Shown here: piece after piece, positions 37,036 through 48,180 of the stretch
How positions within the stretch are numbered: position 1 is the stretch's first letter
Layout: each line of letters opens with the position of its first letter
Source of the DNA: Deltaproteobacteria bacterium
Lineage (GTDB): Bacteria > Desulfobacterota > Binatia > UBA9968 > JAJDTQ01
DNA: 64,000 nt
Assembly: GCA_026712905.1 (NCBI GenBank)
Contig: JAPOPM010000077.1
Span: 1,413 to 65,412, forward strand
Reading direction: 5' to 3'
Made by a program: the position numbers and the translations under genes
Notes under the pieces: model-generated
Told to the model about the DNA's origin: nothing
Database searches by the model: none
The model's input: the letters and a program-made list of their open reading frames with translations, nothing else

Positions 37036-38334
37036 TCAGGCCGCGGCCGTGTCGTCGTGGGCGCGGGCGGTGACGACGAGCAGGAAGAGCATGACCGCGA
37101 GCAGGACGGCGCAGCTCAGTCCCAGGGACCACTGGATGCCGACGACGCCCCCCATGATGCCGACGGTGACGCCGCTGAAGGTGCGCAGCCCGAGGCCGGA
37201 CATGATGAACAGGCCGATCAACTGGCCGCGCAGATGCGCCGGCGAGATGAGCTGGACCAGCGTTTGCGACATGGTGAGGAAGGCCAGGTTCAGGAAGCCG
37301 GCGCAGAAGAGCAGGCCCACCGCCACGTAGAAGTACGGCGTGAACGCGAAGATGCCGAGGGCCGCGCACCACAGGATGGCCAGGACCACGGCCGTGCGCG
37401 CCCGCGCCTGGAGAAAGCCGCGGCTCTCCAGCAGCACGCCGCTCACGAAAGCGCCGGCGCCGTTGGCCGCTAGCAGCAGGCTGTAGCCCGCCTCGCCCTG
37501 CCCCAGCCTGAGCGCGAAGCCGGGCATCTGCGCCTGGAAGGCGTTGCCGACGATCAGCGAGGAGAGACCCACGAGGCACACCATGGAGACGATGACGCGG
37601 TTGGCACGGGCCTCGCGCAGGGCCTCCAGGGAACGCGCCCAGGTGGTCCGCCGCGCCTTCACGGTCTTGGTGCTGGCGCCGTGTCCCGTGTAGGGGACGG
37701 TAAAGAGCCACAGGGTCAGGGGGAGGTAGAACATGGCGTTCACCACCAGCCCCCAGGCCGGGCCCAGTTTCCACATCATGTAGCCGCCCACGGCCGGCCC
37801 CGCGAGGATTCCCAACTGCCGCCCCGTGGCGTTGAGGCGGACCGCGCTCTGGAGGAACTCCGGACCCACCATGTCGTGCAGGATGAGCTGGCTGCCCGGG
37901 CTCCACAGCACCCCGGCGACGCCGTGCACCACCAGCAGCGCGCACGCGTGCCATACCGTGAGCGTGTCCGTGATGATGAACCAGGCCCAGGCGATGGTCA
38001 GCACGAAGTAGAGTACCATGGCCCACTGGATCACCCGGCGGCAGTCGAAACGGTCCGAGAGCAGGCCCACGTACCAGGACAGCAGCAGAAACGGCGACCA
38101 GTGGCTGATGACCGCGAAGCCCTGCAACTCCGGCCACCGGAAGAGTTCGAATATGACCCAGTAGCTGATGACGTGCTCGATGTTGTCCGCCATCATGGAC
38201 AGCATCGTAAAGCAGAAGTAGGCGCGGAAGTGGCCGTGGCGCAATGCCCCAAAGGAGACGGTGGATTGGGCGACGGCCGGCGACTGCCCGGCTTGGACCC
38301 GCGGGTCGGCCGGTCGTGGGGGAGACTCTGGCAT
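37036..38334 (-). CDS. MFS transporter
   Basis: 432 aa, about 12 TM helices with MFS 6+6 topology. Confidence 0.75.
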   Translation of the reverse strand: MPESPPRPADPRVQAGQSPAVAQSTVSFGALRHGHFRAYFCFTMLSMMADNIEHVISYWVIFELFRWPELQGFAVISHWSPFLLLSWYVGLLSDRFDCRRVIQWAMVLYFVLTIAWAWFIITDTLTVWHACALLVVHGVAGVLWSPGSQLILHDMVGPEFLQSAVRLNATGRQLGILAGPAVGGYMMWKLGPAWGLVVNAMFYLPLTLWLFTVPYTGHGASTKTVKARRTTWARSLEALREARANRVIVSMVCLVGLSSLIVGNAFQAQMPGFALRLGQGEAGYSLLLAANGAGAFVSGVLLESRGFLQARARTAVVLAILWCAALGIFAFTPYFYVAVGLLFCAGFLNLAFLTMSQTLVQLISPAHLRGQLIGLFIMSGLGLRTFSGVTVGIMGGVVGIQWSLGLSCAVLLAVMLFLLVVTARAHDDTAAA

Positions 38335-38499
38335 GGCGCAGGAGGGAGTGTGGCACGTAGGCTTTTGGGAGACAACTCTCCCGTCAAATCCCTGACATCC
38401 CTCTTCTTGCGATCCGGGCCGGACTTGTGGTATGGCATCATCAAACGAACGATGATTGATCGTAACCCCCCAAGAAAACTAAGATAAAGGAGAGGAACG

Positions 38500-39423
38500 A
38501 TGAAGAAGCTGGTTCTGGAAAGCACCGCGCCGTTTCAAGGGCTGTGTGAGTTGGTGGCCTACAACGAAGGACTGTTCGAGAAGGAAGGCATTCAGGTCGA
38601 GTTCGCCGACAGAGGGACCGGCGACATGCGGACCCACACCGACCTCACCAATCCCAAGGACGCGAACCCCCACGCGAGCCACGGCATGCTCTTCGAACAG
38701 GGCAAGGCCGACATGTACAACGCGTGTGAGTGGGGCAACTACTGCCGCGTGCAGGATTCCGCGGTCGACAACGGCCGGCAGATCGGCCGCCGCTCCATCA
38801 TCGCGTATTCCGGACTCGTGGTGCGGCCCGACTCGCCGGTGCAGACCGCCCAGCAGCTCGCCAACCGCCTCGTGGGCGTGCCGTTCTACTTCGGCACCCA
38901 CTACCTGGCCATGCACATGCTCGAGGGCTTCCTCACCCGCGACCAGATCAACCTCTGCCAGGCGCCGCGCGGCTCGCGCTACCGCCTGGAATCGGTGATG
39001 AAGGGCGAGATCGAGGCCACCACGCTGACCGAGCCGTACCTGACGCTGGCGGAGAAGAAGGGCTGCCGTATCGTCGCGGCCGCCTCGCTCCACGGCACCG
39101 AGGTCGCCGCGGACTCCGTGGACGCCGAGACCTACGCCAAGTTCAACCGCGCCGTGTGCGAGGCCGTACGCCGGGTCAACGCCGACAAGAGAAAGTACCT
39201 GCAGTACTTCATCGACTACCACAAGGACGATCCCGAGATCGCCGCGCTGACCGTCGACGACCTGCGCGAGAGCCGCCTCGTGGTGGTGGATCCGGCGCCG
39301 ATTCCCGCGGACGAACTGGAGCGGACCGCTGCCTGGATCAAGAGCTGGGGTCTGCTCGACGAGGACAAGCCGGCCGTGGAGCTGGTCAACCCGGAAGTCC
39401 AGTCGAGCGGCCACGCGCTGTAG
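38500..39423 (+). CDS. NMT1/THI5-like domain protein (cytoplasmic; no signal peptide)
   Basis: TAAAGGAGAGG SD. PBP type-2 fold of the NMT1/THI5 family, lacking a leader peptide. Confidence 0.6.
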   Translation: MKKLVLESTAPFQGLCELVAYNEGLFEKEGIQVEFADRGTGDMRTHTDLTNPKDANPHASHGMLFEQGKADMYNACEWGNYCRVQDSAVDNGRQIGRRSIIAYSGLVVRPDSPVQTAQQLANRLVGVPFYFGTHYLAMHMLEGFLTRDQINLCQAPRGSRYRLESVMKGEIEATTLTEPYLTLAEKKGCRIVAAASLHGTEVAADSVDAETYAKFNRAVCEAVRRVNADKRKYLQYFIDYHKDDPEIAALTVDDLRESRLVVVDPAPIPADELERTAAWIKSWGLLDEDKPAVELVNPEVQSSGHAL

Positions 39424-39580
39424 CCGGCGCCGGCGGAACGCTCCGCAGGGCCGCTTGAGCGCCTCCGTGAGGAGGCCGGCACACTACGGCAAGTCATCCG
39501 GGAAACGGGAAGGCCCAATCGGGTCTTCCCGTTTCTGCTTTCTCCCACCGGAATGCCCGCCGTCCCGGCCCTCGACCATC

Positions 39581-40381
39581 ATGACCACCACGCCGTCGTC
39601 AGTGGGCCTCTGCCGGCGACCAGGACAGTATCCGCTTGGGCGACGATTCCTTCGGCTGGTCCTCGCATGTTTCATGCTGACCGCCGCATCACCGGCCGCG
39701 GGCCAAGCGGTGAACCCCGCTGAATCCCGCGTCTCCGCGCCTCACCGCCTTTCGGGCAACGCCGGCACCCTCGCCGGCACCCTGCGCTTCGGCGGAAGCG
39801 CGCCGCCGCCCGGCGTGTTGCGCGTCTACAAGGAACAGGCATTCTGCGGCTCCGGCGTGCCCGACCCGAGCCTCGTCATCGACCCCGCGGGCGGCCTGAA
39901 GAACGTCGTCGTGACCCTGAGCGGAACGGGTCTACAGGGACACGCGCGGCCACCCGGCGCCATCCAGCTCGACAACGTCGGCTGCCGCTTCGCTCCCCAC
40001 GTGCAGGCGGCCCAGGTTGGCAGCACCCTGCTCCTCCTGAACAGCGACCCCATCCTCCACGACGCGCACGCGCGCCTCGGCCGGCGCACCGTGTTCAACG
40101 ACGGCCTGCCCTGGTGGCGCCGGGTCAAGCGCACCCTGAGCCGGCCCGGCCTCCTGAAGATCATCTGCGAGCTGCACCACGCCTGGATGAGCGCCTACAT
40201 CGTGGTCTCGCCCAACCCGTTCTTCGCCGTGACCGACTCGCGCGGCCGTTACGCGATCGAGGGAATCCCGCCGGGGACCTACGAGGCGCGTTTCTGGCAC
40301 GAACGGCTGGGAGAGGCGTCGCGGCGGGTGGTGGTGGAACCCGGAGCGGAACGGCGGCTCGACGTGCTGCTGCCGCCCTGA
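39581..40381 (+). CDS. secreted hypothetical protein with possible cupredoxin-like Cu site and C-terminal carboxypeptidase-regulatory-like (Ig-like) domain
   Basis: Signal peptide RFLRLVLACFMLTAASPAAGQA. C-x2-H-x3-M (CELHHAWM) preceded by His residues. C-terminal SRGRYAIEGIPPGTYEARF motif. Confidence 0.45.
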   Translation: MTTTPSSVGLCRRPGQYPLGRRFLRLVLACFMLTAASPAAGQAVNPAESRVSAPHRLSGNAGTLAGTLRFGGSAPPPGVLRVYKEQAFCGSGVPDPSLVIDPAGGLKNVVVTLSGTGLQGHARPPGAIQLDNVGCRFAPHVQAAQVGSTLLLLNSDPILHDAHARLGRRTVFNDGLPWWRRVKRTLSRPGLLKIICELHHAWMSAYIVVSPNPFFAVTDSRGRYAIEGIPPGTYEARFWHERLGEASRRVVVEPGAERRLDVLLPP

Positions 40382-40395
40382 CCAACGGAGAAGAG

Positions 40396-41068
40396 CTACG
40401 ACTCCGCGGGGACGCTCGCCCGCAGGCGCCTGACGCCTTCGGCGGCGCCCCCCGGCGCCTTGTAGACGGAGGAGCCGGCCACCAGCAGTCGGGCTCCGGC
40501 GCCCACGACCCGAGCGGCGTTGTCCGGGCCGATGCCGCCGTCGATCTCCACGGCGATCTCCAGGCCGCGCTCGTCGAGCATGCGCCGGAGGCGGCGCAGC
40601 TTGTCCACGCTGCTCTCGATGAAGCTCTGGCCGCCGAAACCCGGGTTCACGCTCATGAGCAGGACCTGGTCCAGGTCCGGCAGGATGCCGTCCAGGGTGG
40701 CCAGCGGGGTGGCCGGGTTGAGCACCACGCCGGCCTTCTTGCCCAGGGACTTGATCTGCTGCACGGTGCCGTGGAGATGCGGGCAGGCCTCCTGGTGCAC
40801 CAGCAGGGTGTCGGCCCCGGCCTTGGCGAAGTCTTCCAGGTAGCGCTCCGGCTCGACGATCATCAGGTGCACGTCCAGGGGCAAGTCGGTGCTGCGGCGC
40901 GCCGCCTCGACGATGAGCGGCCCGATGGTGATGTTGGGCACGAAGCGGCCGTCCATGACGTCCACGTGGATGCCGTCGGCGCCGGCCTCGTCCACCTCGG
41001 CGATCTGCTGCCCGAGAGCGCGGAAATCCGCGGACAGGACGGAAGGGAGTATCTCGATTGCGCTCATG
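40396..41068 (-). CDS. rpe: ribulose-phosphate 3-epimerase
   Basis: [15 protein letters not shown]... TIM-barrel RPE signature blocks. Confidence 0.9.
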
Positions 41069-41108
41069 TGTGCCTCGGACCTGCGCGGGCTCCTCACGCC
41101 TCGATGGT

Positions 41109-42257
41109 TCAGGACGAAGCGCCGCCGCGGTCCGCCGCCTTCCGGCATTCCGCCTCGACCGCCGCGAGCAGCTTGTCGAACGCCTCGGAGAAGAGCCGCA
41201 CCCCGTCCTCCAGGAGCTTGTCCGTCACTTCCTTCATGGACACGCCCGCTGCCTCCAGCGCCGCCATGGTCTCGGCCGCGCCCTCCACGTCCTCCTCCAG
41301 GCTCGTCCGCGCCTTGCCGTGGTCCCGGAACGCGTCCAGCGTGGCGGGCGGAATGGTGTTGACCGTGTCCTTGCCGATGAGTTCGTCGACGTACAGCACG
41401 TCGGGATAATCCGGGTTCTTGGTGCTGGTGCTGGCCCAGAGGAGCCGCTGGGGCCGGGCGCCCTTGCCCGACAACGCCTGCCAGCCCTCGCCCTGGAGGA
41501 TCTCCTTGTAGCGCTTGTACGTGACCTTGGCGTTGGCGATGGCCACCTTGCCCATGAGGACGCGCAGACGTTCCTTCTCCTGGTCGTCGGCGGCGGCCTC
41601 GATGCGCTTCGTGAGGGTGTCGTCCACCAGCGAATCGATGCGCGAGATGAAGAAGCTCGCGACGCTGGCGATGCGCGCCACGTCGCGGCCGTCGGCGGCG
41701 GCCTTGGCCAACCCCCGGATGTAGGCCTGGGCCACCTGCTCGTAGGCTTCCCGGGCGAAGAGCAGGGTCACGTTGACGCTGATGCCCTCGCCGATCAGGC
41801 GCTCGATGGCCGGCACCCCGGCGGCGGTGCCGGGTACCTTGATCATCAGGTTGTCGCGCGCCACGGTGCTCCACAGCCGCCGGGCTTCGGCCACCGTCCC
41901 CTCCGTATCGTGGGCCAGATAGGGCGACACCTCCAGGCTGACGTAGCCGTCGCGGCCGTCGGTCTCGTCGTACACGGTCCGCAGCACGTCCGCAGCCTCC
42001 TGGATGTCGCGGGTGGCGATGGCCTCGTAGACCGCCTTGGACTCGGCCGCACCGTCGGCCCCGAGCCGCGCGATGAGGTCGTCGTAGTCGTCGCTGTCGG
42101 CGATGGCTTTCTCGAAGATGGCCGGATTGGAGGTGACCCCCTTGAGGCCGTCCTCGTCCACCAGGCGCCGCAGCTCGCCGCCGGTGAGCAGCTTCCGCTG
42201 GATGAAGTCGAGCCAGACGGACTGGCCGTGTTCGTTCAGGTCTTTCAACGGGTTCAT
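41109..42257 (-). CDS. tal: transaldolase (long form)
   Basis: Start MNPLKDL with a GGAGGA SD. Active-site Lys block (MIKVPGT) and SNPAIF motif. Confidence 0.85.
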   Translation of the reverse strand: MNPLKDLNEHGQSVWLDFIQRKLLTGGELRRLVDEDGLKGVTSNPAIFEKAIADSDDYDDLIARLGADGAAESKAVYEAIATRDIQEAADVLRTVYDETDGRDGYVSLEVSPYLAHDTEGTVAEARRLWSTVARDNLMIKVPGTAAGVPAIERLIGEGISVNVTLLFAREAYEQVAQAYIRGLAKAAADGRDVARIASVASFFISRIDSLVDDTLTKRIEAAADDQEKERLRVLMGKVAIANAKVTYKRYKEILQGEGWQALSGKGARPQRLLWASTSTKNPDYPDVLYVDELIGKDTVNTIPPATLDAFRDHGKARTSLEEDVEGAAETMAALEAAGVSMKEVTDKLLEDGVRLFSEAFDKLLAAVEAECRKAADRGGASS

Positions 42258-44320
42258 GCTTTCCTCCGTGCGAGCTGCGCCTTGGCCGCGGCGACCACGT
42301 CCGCGGCGGTGAAACCGAACTTCTTCTGCAGGTCCTTGAGCGGCGCCGAGGCGCCGAAGGAACGCATGCCGATCTGGTGCCCGGTGAGGCCGGTGTACTT
42401 GCTCCAGCCGAACACCGACGCCTGCTCCACCGACACCCGCGCCGTGACCTCCGGCGGGATCACGCTGTCGCGGTAGTCCTCGTCCTGGTCGTCGAACAGT
42501 TCCCAGCAAGGCATGCTCACCACCCGCGCCTTGACGCCTTCCGCGGTCAGGGTCTCGTAGGCTTCCACGCACAGCGGCACCTCGCTGCCGGTGGCCAGCA
42601 GCAGCACCTCGGGCTGGCCGTCGGGCGCGTCGGCGAGCACGTAGGCGCCCCGGGCCACGCCGTCGGCCGAGGCGTAGCGGGTGCGGTCCAGGGTCGGCAG
42701 CGCCTGGCGCGTCAGCACCAGCACCGCGGGCTCGTGGTGCCGCTCCATGATGACCTTCCAGGCCGCGGTCACCTCGTTGGCGTCGCCCGGGCGCAGCACC
42801 ATCAGGCCGGGCACCGCCCGCAGCGAAGCCAGGTGCTCCACCGGCTGGTGCGTCGGCCCGTCCTCCCCCACTCCGATGGAGTCGTGGGTGAAGACGTGGA
42901 CCACCGGCAGCTCCATGAGCGCGCTCAGCCGGATGGCGCCGCGGGCGTAGTCGCTGAAGATCAGGAAGCCCGAGCCGAAGGCGCGCACCTTGATCAGCGC
43001 CATGCCGTTCATGACCGACGCCATGGCGTGCTCACGGACGCCGAAGTGAAGGTTGCGCCCGGCGGGGTTCTCGGCCGAGAAGTCGCCGGCGCCGTCGAAG
43101 GTGAGGCGCGTCTTGGTGGACGGCGCCAGGTCCGCGGCGCCGCCCATGAGCCACGGCACGCTCCGCGCCAGCGCGTTCAGCACCTTGCCCGAGGCGTCGC
43201 GGCCGGCCAAGCCCTTGGGGTCCGCGGGGAACTCCGGCAGGTCCCGGTCCCAGCCGTCGGGAAGCTGGCGGTGCTGCATCCGGTAAAGCTCGTCCGCCAG
43301 CTCCGGGTAGCGCTCCCGGTAGTCGTCGATGCGCGCGAACCAGGCGTCCCGCAAGGCCTTGCCGCGTTCTCCCATGCCCGTCCGGAAGTGCTCGCGCACG
43401 CCGTCGGGGACGTGGAAGCGCGCGTCCTCCGGCCAGCCGTAGCGCCTCTTGGTGAGCTTCACCTCCTCCTCTCCCAGCGGCTCGCCGTGGGCGCCGCTGG
43501 TGTCCTGCTTGTTGGGCGAGCCGTAGCCGATGTGGCTGTCGACGATGACCAGGGTGGGCCGGTCGGTGGTGTCGTGGAAGGTGCGGAACGCCCGCTCCAG
43601 CATCTCCAGGTCATTGGCGTCGCCCACGCGCACGACGTTCCACCCGTACCCCAGGAAGCGCGTGGCGACGTCGTCGGAGAAGGCCAGGGCGGTGTGCCCC
43701 TCGATGGTGATGCGGTTGTTGTCGTAGATCCAGCACAGCTTGGAGAGCTTGAGGTGCGCGGCGAGGGAGGCGGCTTCGTTGCACACCCCCTCCATCATGC
43801 AGCCGTCGCCGCACAGGGCGAATACGTCGAAGTCGATGAGGTCGTCGAAACCCGGCTGGTTGTAGCGCGCGGCCATCCAGCTTCCGGCGAGGGCCATGCC
43901 CACGCTGGTGGCAACGCCCTGTCCCAGGGGGCCGGTGGTGGTCTCCACGCCCGAGGTCCAGCGGTACTCCGGATGGCCCGGGCAGCGGCTGTCCAACTGG
44001 CGGAACTGCTGCAACGCCTCCAGCGGCACCGACAGGTCGCCCAGCGTCTCGTAGTCCTTGCTCACCGCCTTGACCCCGGTCAGGTGCAGCAGCGAATAGA
44101 GGAGCATGGAGGCGTGCCCCGCGGACAGCACGAAGCGGTCCCGGTTGGGCCAGATGGGATCGTCGGGATCGAAGCGAAGGAAGCGCTGCCACAGGCAGTA
44201 GGCCACCGGCGCCATGGCCATGGGCGTGCCCGGATGCCCGGAGTTGGCCTGCTGGACCCCGTCGATGGACAGGGTGCGGATGGTGTTGATGGACAACTCG
44301 TCGAGATGGGCGTCGCTCAT
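42254..44320 (-). CDS. tkt: transketolase
   Basis: Start [18 protein letters not shown]-binding GHPG motif and three-domain organisation. ATGA overlap with tal. Confidence 0.9.
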   Translation of the reverse strand: MSDAHLDELSINTIRTLSIDGVQQANSGHPGTPMAMAPVAYCLWQRFLRFDPDDPIWPNRDRFVLSAGHASMLLYSLLHLTGVKAVSKDYETLGDLSVPLEALQQFRQLDSRCPGHPEYRWTSGVETTTGPLGQGVATSVGMALAGSWMAARYNQPGFDDLIDFDVFALCGDGCMMEGVCNEAASLAAHLKLSKLCWIYDNNRITIEGHTALAFSDDVATRFLGYGWNVVRVGDANDLEMLERAFRTFHDTTDRPTLVIVDSHIGYGSPNKQDTSGAHGEPLGEEEVKLTKRRYGWPEDARFHVPDGVREHFRTGMGERGKALRDAWFARIDDYRERYPELADELYRMQHRQLPDGWDRDLPEFPADPKGLAGRDASGKVLNALARSVPWLMGGAADLAPSTKTRLTFDGAGDFSAENPAGRNLHFGVREHAMASVMNGMALIKVRAFGSGFLIFSDYARGAIRLSALMELPVVHVFTHDSIGVGEDGPTHQPVEHLASLRAVPGLMVLRPGDANEVTAAWKVIMERHHEPAVLVLTRQALPTLDRTRYASADGVARGAYVLADAPDGQPEVLLLATGSEVPLCVEAYETLTAEGVKARVVSMPCWELFDDQDEDYRDSVIPPEVTARVSVEQASVFGWSKYTGLTGHQIGMRSFGASAPLKDLQKKFGFTAADVVAAAKAQLARRKA

Positions 44321-44485
44321 GGACGGTGGACTCCTTGTGGCGTGAGCTCCTTTTCTCAAGTGTGCCAGATGATCCGCGCCGCGCACAACGAAGCTTAGCA
44401 TTTTCTCTTGGCCACTTCGCTTGCATTTTGTGGCTGATTGGATTTCACCTGTGGACTCGGTCTACATCTCTCGAACCAAGGCCCT

Positions 44486-46132
44486 ATGGAACCCTTCAGT
44501 CCCGCTGAGCGCGAGCGGCTCGCGCCCTTCTTCACCAACGTGGACCGGCCGGTCTTCGGCCTGCGCCTGCCACAGGAGGTGTCCGGCGCGCTGTTCTCCC
44601 GCTACAGCCGCTCGGCCCGGGACCTCCGGCGCACGTTCCTGGACGAGTTCCTCGGCGACGCCGACCTCTCCCCCGCACTCGGCACGCCCGCGTCCGCGGG
44701 ACCGGACGACCCGGCGGTGCAACGCGCCCGCGCCTTCTACGACCGGGTGCTCGTGGGCTACGGCGACGACTCGGTGGCGCAGCTCGGCGGCGCCCACGTC
44801 GCCTGCGAAGACATCTCCAACGTGGCGGCCAAGGTCCTGGAGGACGCGCGCATCGGCATGGCGCCGCTGGAGAAGTCCACCCGCTACGTGCGCTTCGACC
44901 GCAAGGACGCTTCCGGCCGCTACCTGTATTATGTCGAGCCGACCCTGAATGCCTCGCCGCACCGGCGCGACTACCTGGAGCTCATGGAGCTTCTGTTCGA
45001 CACGTACTCGCGCCAGATGGAACCCGTGATCGCGCACGTGCGCAGGTCCCTGCCGCTCGAGGAGATGGCGCTGCGCAACCCGCGGACCGGCGACCCCATC
45101 ACCTACGCCGAGGCGCGAAAGGACGAGAAGCTGGCCAAGTGGGCCGAGAGCGCGTACCGCTCCACCGTGCGCGCCCAGGCGTGCGACATCCTGCGGGGTT
45201 ATCTGCCGGCGGCCACCCGCACCAACGTCGGGCTCTTCGGCGTGGGACAGGCGTACGAGTACCTGCTGTCGAAGTGCTACTCCAGCGACCTCGCCGAGCT
45301 GCGCGGCCTCGGATCCGCCATGCGCGGGGAGCTCGACGCGCTCATCCCGTCGTTCGTCAAGCGGGCGCGGGCCAGCGCCTACCTGTCGGAGACCTTCACC
45401 CGGACGCGCGCGTTGGCCCAGGAGCTGGTGACGGAAGCCGCGCTGCCGGCCGAGGACGTGACACTCGTCGACTACGACGACCAGGCGGAGGAGCGGGTCA
45501 TCGCCGCCATCCTGTACCCGCACACGCGCCAGCCCCTGTCACGGTTGCGCGAGCTGGCGGCGGACATGCCGGAGGAGCGGCGGCAGGCGGTGCTCGACGC
45601 CTACATGAAGGGCCGCGGGCACCGGCGCGAGAAACCCGGACGCGCGCTGGAACAGGTGTTCTACACCTTCGACATCACCGGCAACCTGGGCATCTACCGG
45701 GACCTGCAACGGCACCGGCTGCTGAGCCAGGAACGCCAGGACTTCACCACGGCGCACGGCTACGACACGCCGCCCGCGATCGTCGAGGCCGGCTTCGGCG
45801 ACGAGTACCGGCGCTGCATGGAGCGGGCGGCGGAGGGCCACGACCGCATTCACGCGGACCATCCGCGCGAAGCCCAGTACGTGGTGCCGTTCGCCTATCG
45901 GGTGCGCTGGTACATGAAGATGAATCTGCGGGAGGCGGTGCACGTCGGCGAGCTGCGGACGCTGCCCCAGGGGCATCCCGACTACCGGGAGATTACGCAG
46001 AAAATGTGGCGTGAAATCCGAAGCGTGCACCCGCGATTGGCGGGTTACGCCAAGTTCATCGACTGGGAGACCTACCGGCTGGGGCGGCTCGCTTCGGAAC
46101 TGCGCACGGAGTTCAAGAAATCCGGGCGGTAA
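44486..46132 (+). CDS. thyX: FAD-dependent thymidylate synthase ThyX, double-length (two tandem ThyX-like halves)
   Basis: About 550 aa. The C-terminal half carries the ThyX RHR...S signature (LQRHRLLSQ); the N-terminal half is a degenerate ThyX-like domain. Confidence 0.7.
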   Translation: MEPFSPAERERLAPFFTNVDRPVFGLRLPQEVSGALFSRYSRSARDLRRTFLDEFLGDADLSPALGTPASAGPDDPAVQRARAFYDRVLVGYGDDSVAQLGGAHVACEDISNVAAKVLEDARIGMAPLEKSTRYVRFDRKDASGRYLYYVEPTLNASPHRRDYLELMELLFDTYSRQMEPVIAHVRRSLPLEEMALRNPRTGDPITYAEARKDEKLAKWAESAYRSTVRAQACDILRGYLPAATRTNVGLFGVGQAYEYLLSKCYSSDLAELRGLGSAMRGELDALIPSFVKRARASAYLSETFTRTRALAQELVTEAALPAEDVTLVDYDDQAEERVIAAILYPHTRQPLSRLRELAADMPEERRQAVLDAYMKGRGHRREKPGRALEQVFYTFDITGNLGIYRDLQRHRLLSQERQDFTTAHGYDTPPAIVEAGFGDEYRRCMERAAEGHDRIHADHPREAQYVVPFAYRVRWYMKMNLREAVHVGELRTLPQGHPDYREITQKMWREIRSVHPRLAGYAKFIDWETYRLGRLASELRTEFKKSGR

Positions 46133-46162
46133 CGGTCGCGCGGCCGCCGCCGGCGGCGTGTG

Positions 46163-46597
46163 TCAGGCAGCTTCGCCCATCGCGCTGGCGCGCGCCGCGA
46201 CCTTCTCCGCCTTCCACTCCCGAAGGCCCCGGCGCAGGTAGCTGGGCTCGATTCCCAGAATCCCGCAGACGTTCTCGAAAGAGACGAAACCGGTGTCCTC
46301 CGTGTCGAAGATCCATTCCTCGGCTTCCCGGAACTCCGTTTGCCTCTTGGCGGTCCGGGCGAAAAGGTACTTCCGGTAGCAGGAGAGGGCGTCTTCCAGC
46401 AGAGCCAGCAGCAGCAGCTTCTCCGGCTCCAGCGGCGTCTTCCGCTGGGTGGTCTCCGCGTACTGTGCGGCGTCCACGCCGTCGGCATCGAACAGCGTGA
46501 CCGCATCGAATGCTTCCGCCGTCAAGCGTTCCCGCGGCTGTTCGCGGGGCTCCGTGGCCTTGCCGGCAACCTCGGTTATTTGCGTTTCTTGCTTCAT
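46163..46597 (-). CDS. hypothetical protein, possible HTH regulator
   Basis: Start MKQETQIT. The C-terminal VCGILGIEPSYLRRGLREW looks like a helix-turn-helix. Divergent from the MFS array. Confidence 0.4.
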   Translation of the reverse strand: MKQETQITEVAGKATEPREQPRERLTAEAFDAVTLFDADGVDAAQYAETTQRKTPLEPEKLLLLALLEDALSCYRKYLFARTAKRQTEFREAEEWIFDTEDTGFVSFENVCGILGIEPSYLRRGLREWKAEKVAARASAMGEAA

Positions 46598-46846
46598 CTC
46601 CGGTACCGTCCTTCCCATTAGACTAGGGCCGGTTCCCTTTTCTTTTTCCTACTATTTGTTCTCAGTTAAAGGGTAAAGCGCCACCCTTCCCAAGTCAAGA
46701 AATTCTCTCCATATTTTCGCCTCGAACCATGCACTTTTTCGTGGACTGTACATTGCGCGGCGGCCCGCTTGCGTGAGCGGTACGCCGGACGAGCACGGGT
46801 AGGCCGTTTGCCATATCCCCGGCGCACCAGTAAAGGGGAACTATCC
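46598..46846. promoter_or_regulatory. AT-richer divergent promoter region between the putative regulator and the 4-gene MFS array
   Basis: Locally low GC (tttctttttcctactatttgttctcagttaaagggtaaag...). No coding potential. Confidence 0.4.
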
Positions 46847-48172
46847 GTTTCAAAGGCTTCCGAAGAACTCCTCCATATCGTGACGCGCAAGATCTTCTAC
46901 GGCTGGTACATCGTCGGCGTCGGCTTCATTTGCTACCTTGGCTCTTCCTTTGCCCTTTCCAGCACCCTCAGCGTCTTTCTCAAGCCCCTGACCACGGAGT
47001 TCGGGATCTCCCGGGGCATGTTCTCGTTCATCCGCAGCGGCGAGGTCATGCTGTCCTCGGTGGTGGCCGCCCTGGTCGGACCCCTCATCGACCGTTACGG
47101 GGCACGCTGGCTCATCATCACGGGCGCGCTGGTGGGAGGGGCGGGCTTCGTCCTGCTGAGCCAGGTGCAACAGTTCTGGCAGTTCATGGTCATACGCTGG
47201 CTACCGGTCACCATGGGCGACACCCTCATCAGCTACATGGTGGTCAACGTGATGATCTCGCGCTGGTTCGTGCGCAGGCGCGGCCGCGCCATCTCCATCG
47301 CCAACACCGGCAACGGCATCGCCAAGTCGACCATGCCGCTCCTCGCCGTGTGGCTCTTCGCGCTGGTGGGGTGGCGCCACACCTGGCTCGTTTTCGGTCT
47401 CCTCACCTGGGCGATGGTCGTGCTGCCCGCGTTCCTGATGGTCCGGCGCAGTCCCGAGGACATGGGGCTTCTGCCGGACGGCGCCTTCGCCCCTTACGAG
47501 CCTTCCCGCGGGCGGACACCGGAACGGCAGAGCCCGCCGGCGCCGTCCGTGGACATCCCGTGGACGCGCAAGGAAGCCGTCCACACCAGCACCTTCTGGC
47601 TGCTGGTCCTCTCCTTCGGCATCGTCAGCGTCGGCATCATCGGGTTGAACCTCCACGTCTATCCCTACATCACGGACATCGGCTACTCGCCCGAGGTGGC
47701 CGCGACGGTCATGGGCATGATGGCCTTGACGCAGATGGGAGCGACGCTGTTCTGGGGCCTCACCGCGGACCGCATCGACGTGCGCAAGGCAGCCTTCGCC
47801 CAATTCGTGGTGCAGGCGTGCGGACTGGGCCTGGCAATGTCCGCCGGGGGCATCACCGCGGTGTACCTGGGGTTCCTCCTGTACGGGTTCGGCCTCGGGG
47901 GAAGCTTGGTGATCCGCGAGCTCCTGTGGGCCAGCTACTTCGGCCGCATCTCGCTAGGGCGGGTGCGCGGACTGGGCTTCCTGATCACGCGCGTGTTCAC
48001 CACCGCCGGCCCCCCCTTCTTCGGCTTTTTCTACGACTACACGGGCAGCTACTTCCTGTCCTTCAGCTCCTTCATCGCCGGCCTGCTGGTCTCGGCGTTC
48101 CTGGTCCTGCTGCTGCGCCCTCCGCGGAAACCCGGATCGGCGCCGGACGCCCCGGACGCGGCAGCACCGTGA
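46847..48172 (+). CDS. MFS transporter (paralog 1 of a tandem array)
   Basis: FYGWYIVG...SSTLSVFLKP...MRRSPEDMGLLPDG family blocks shared with paralogs 3 and 4. Start codon uncertain (GTG 46881 or the upstream TTG). Confidence 0.7.
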   Translation, partial: VSKASEELLHIVTRKIFYGWYIVGVGFICYLGSSFALSSTLSVFLKPLTTEFGISRGMFSFIRSGEVMLSSVVAALVGPLIDRYGARWLIITGALVGGAGFVLLSQVQQFWQFMVIRWLPVTMGDTLISYMVVNVMISRWFVRRRGRAISIANTGNGIAKSTMPLLAVWLFALVGWRHTWLVFGLLTWAMVVLPAFLMVRRSPEDMGLLPDGAFAPYEPSRGRTPERQSPPAPSVDIPWTRKEAVHTSTFWLLVLSFGIVSVGIIGLNLHVYPYITDIGYSPEVAATVMGMMALTQMGATLFWGLTADRIDVRKAAFAQFVVQACGLGLAMSAGGITAVYLGFLLYGFGLGGSLVIRELLWASYFGRISLGRVRGLGFLITRVFTTAGPPFFGFFYDYTGSYFLSFSSFIAGLLVSAFLVLLLRPPRKPGSAPDAPDAAAP

Positions 48173-48180
48173 GAGCCTTC

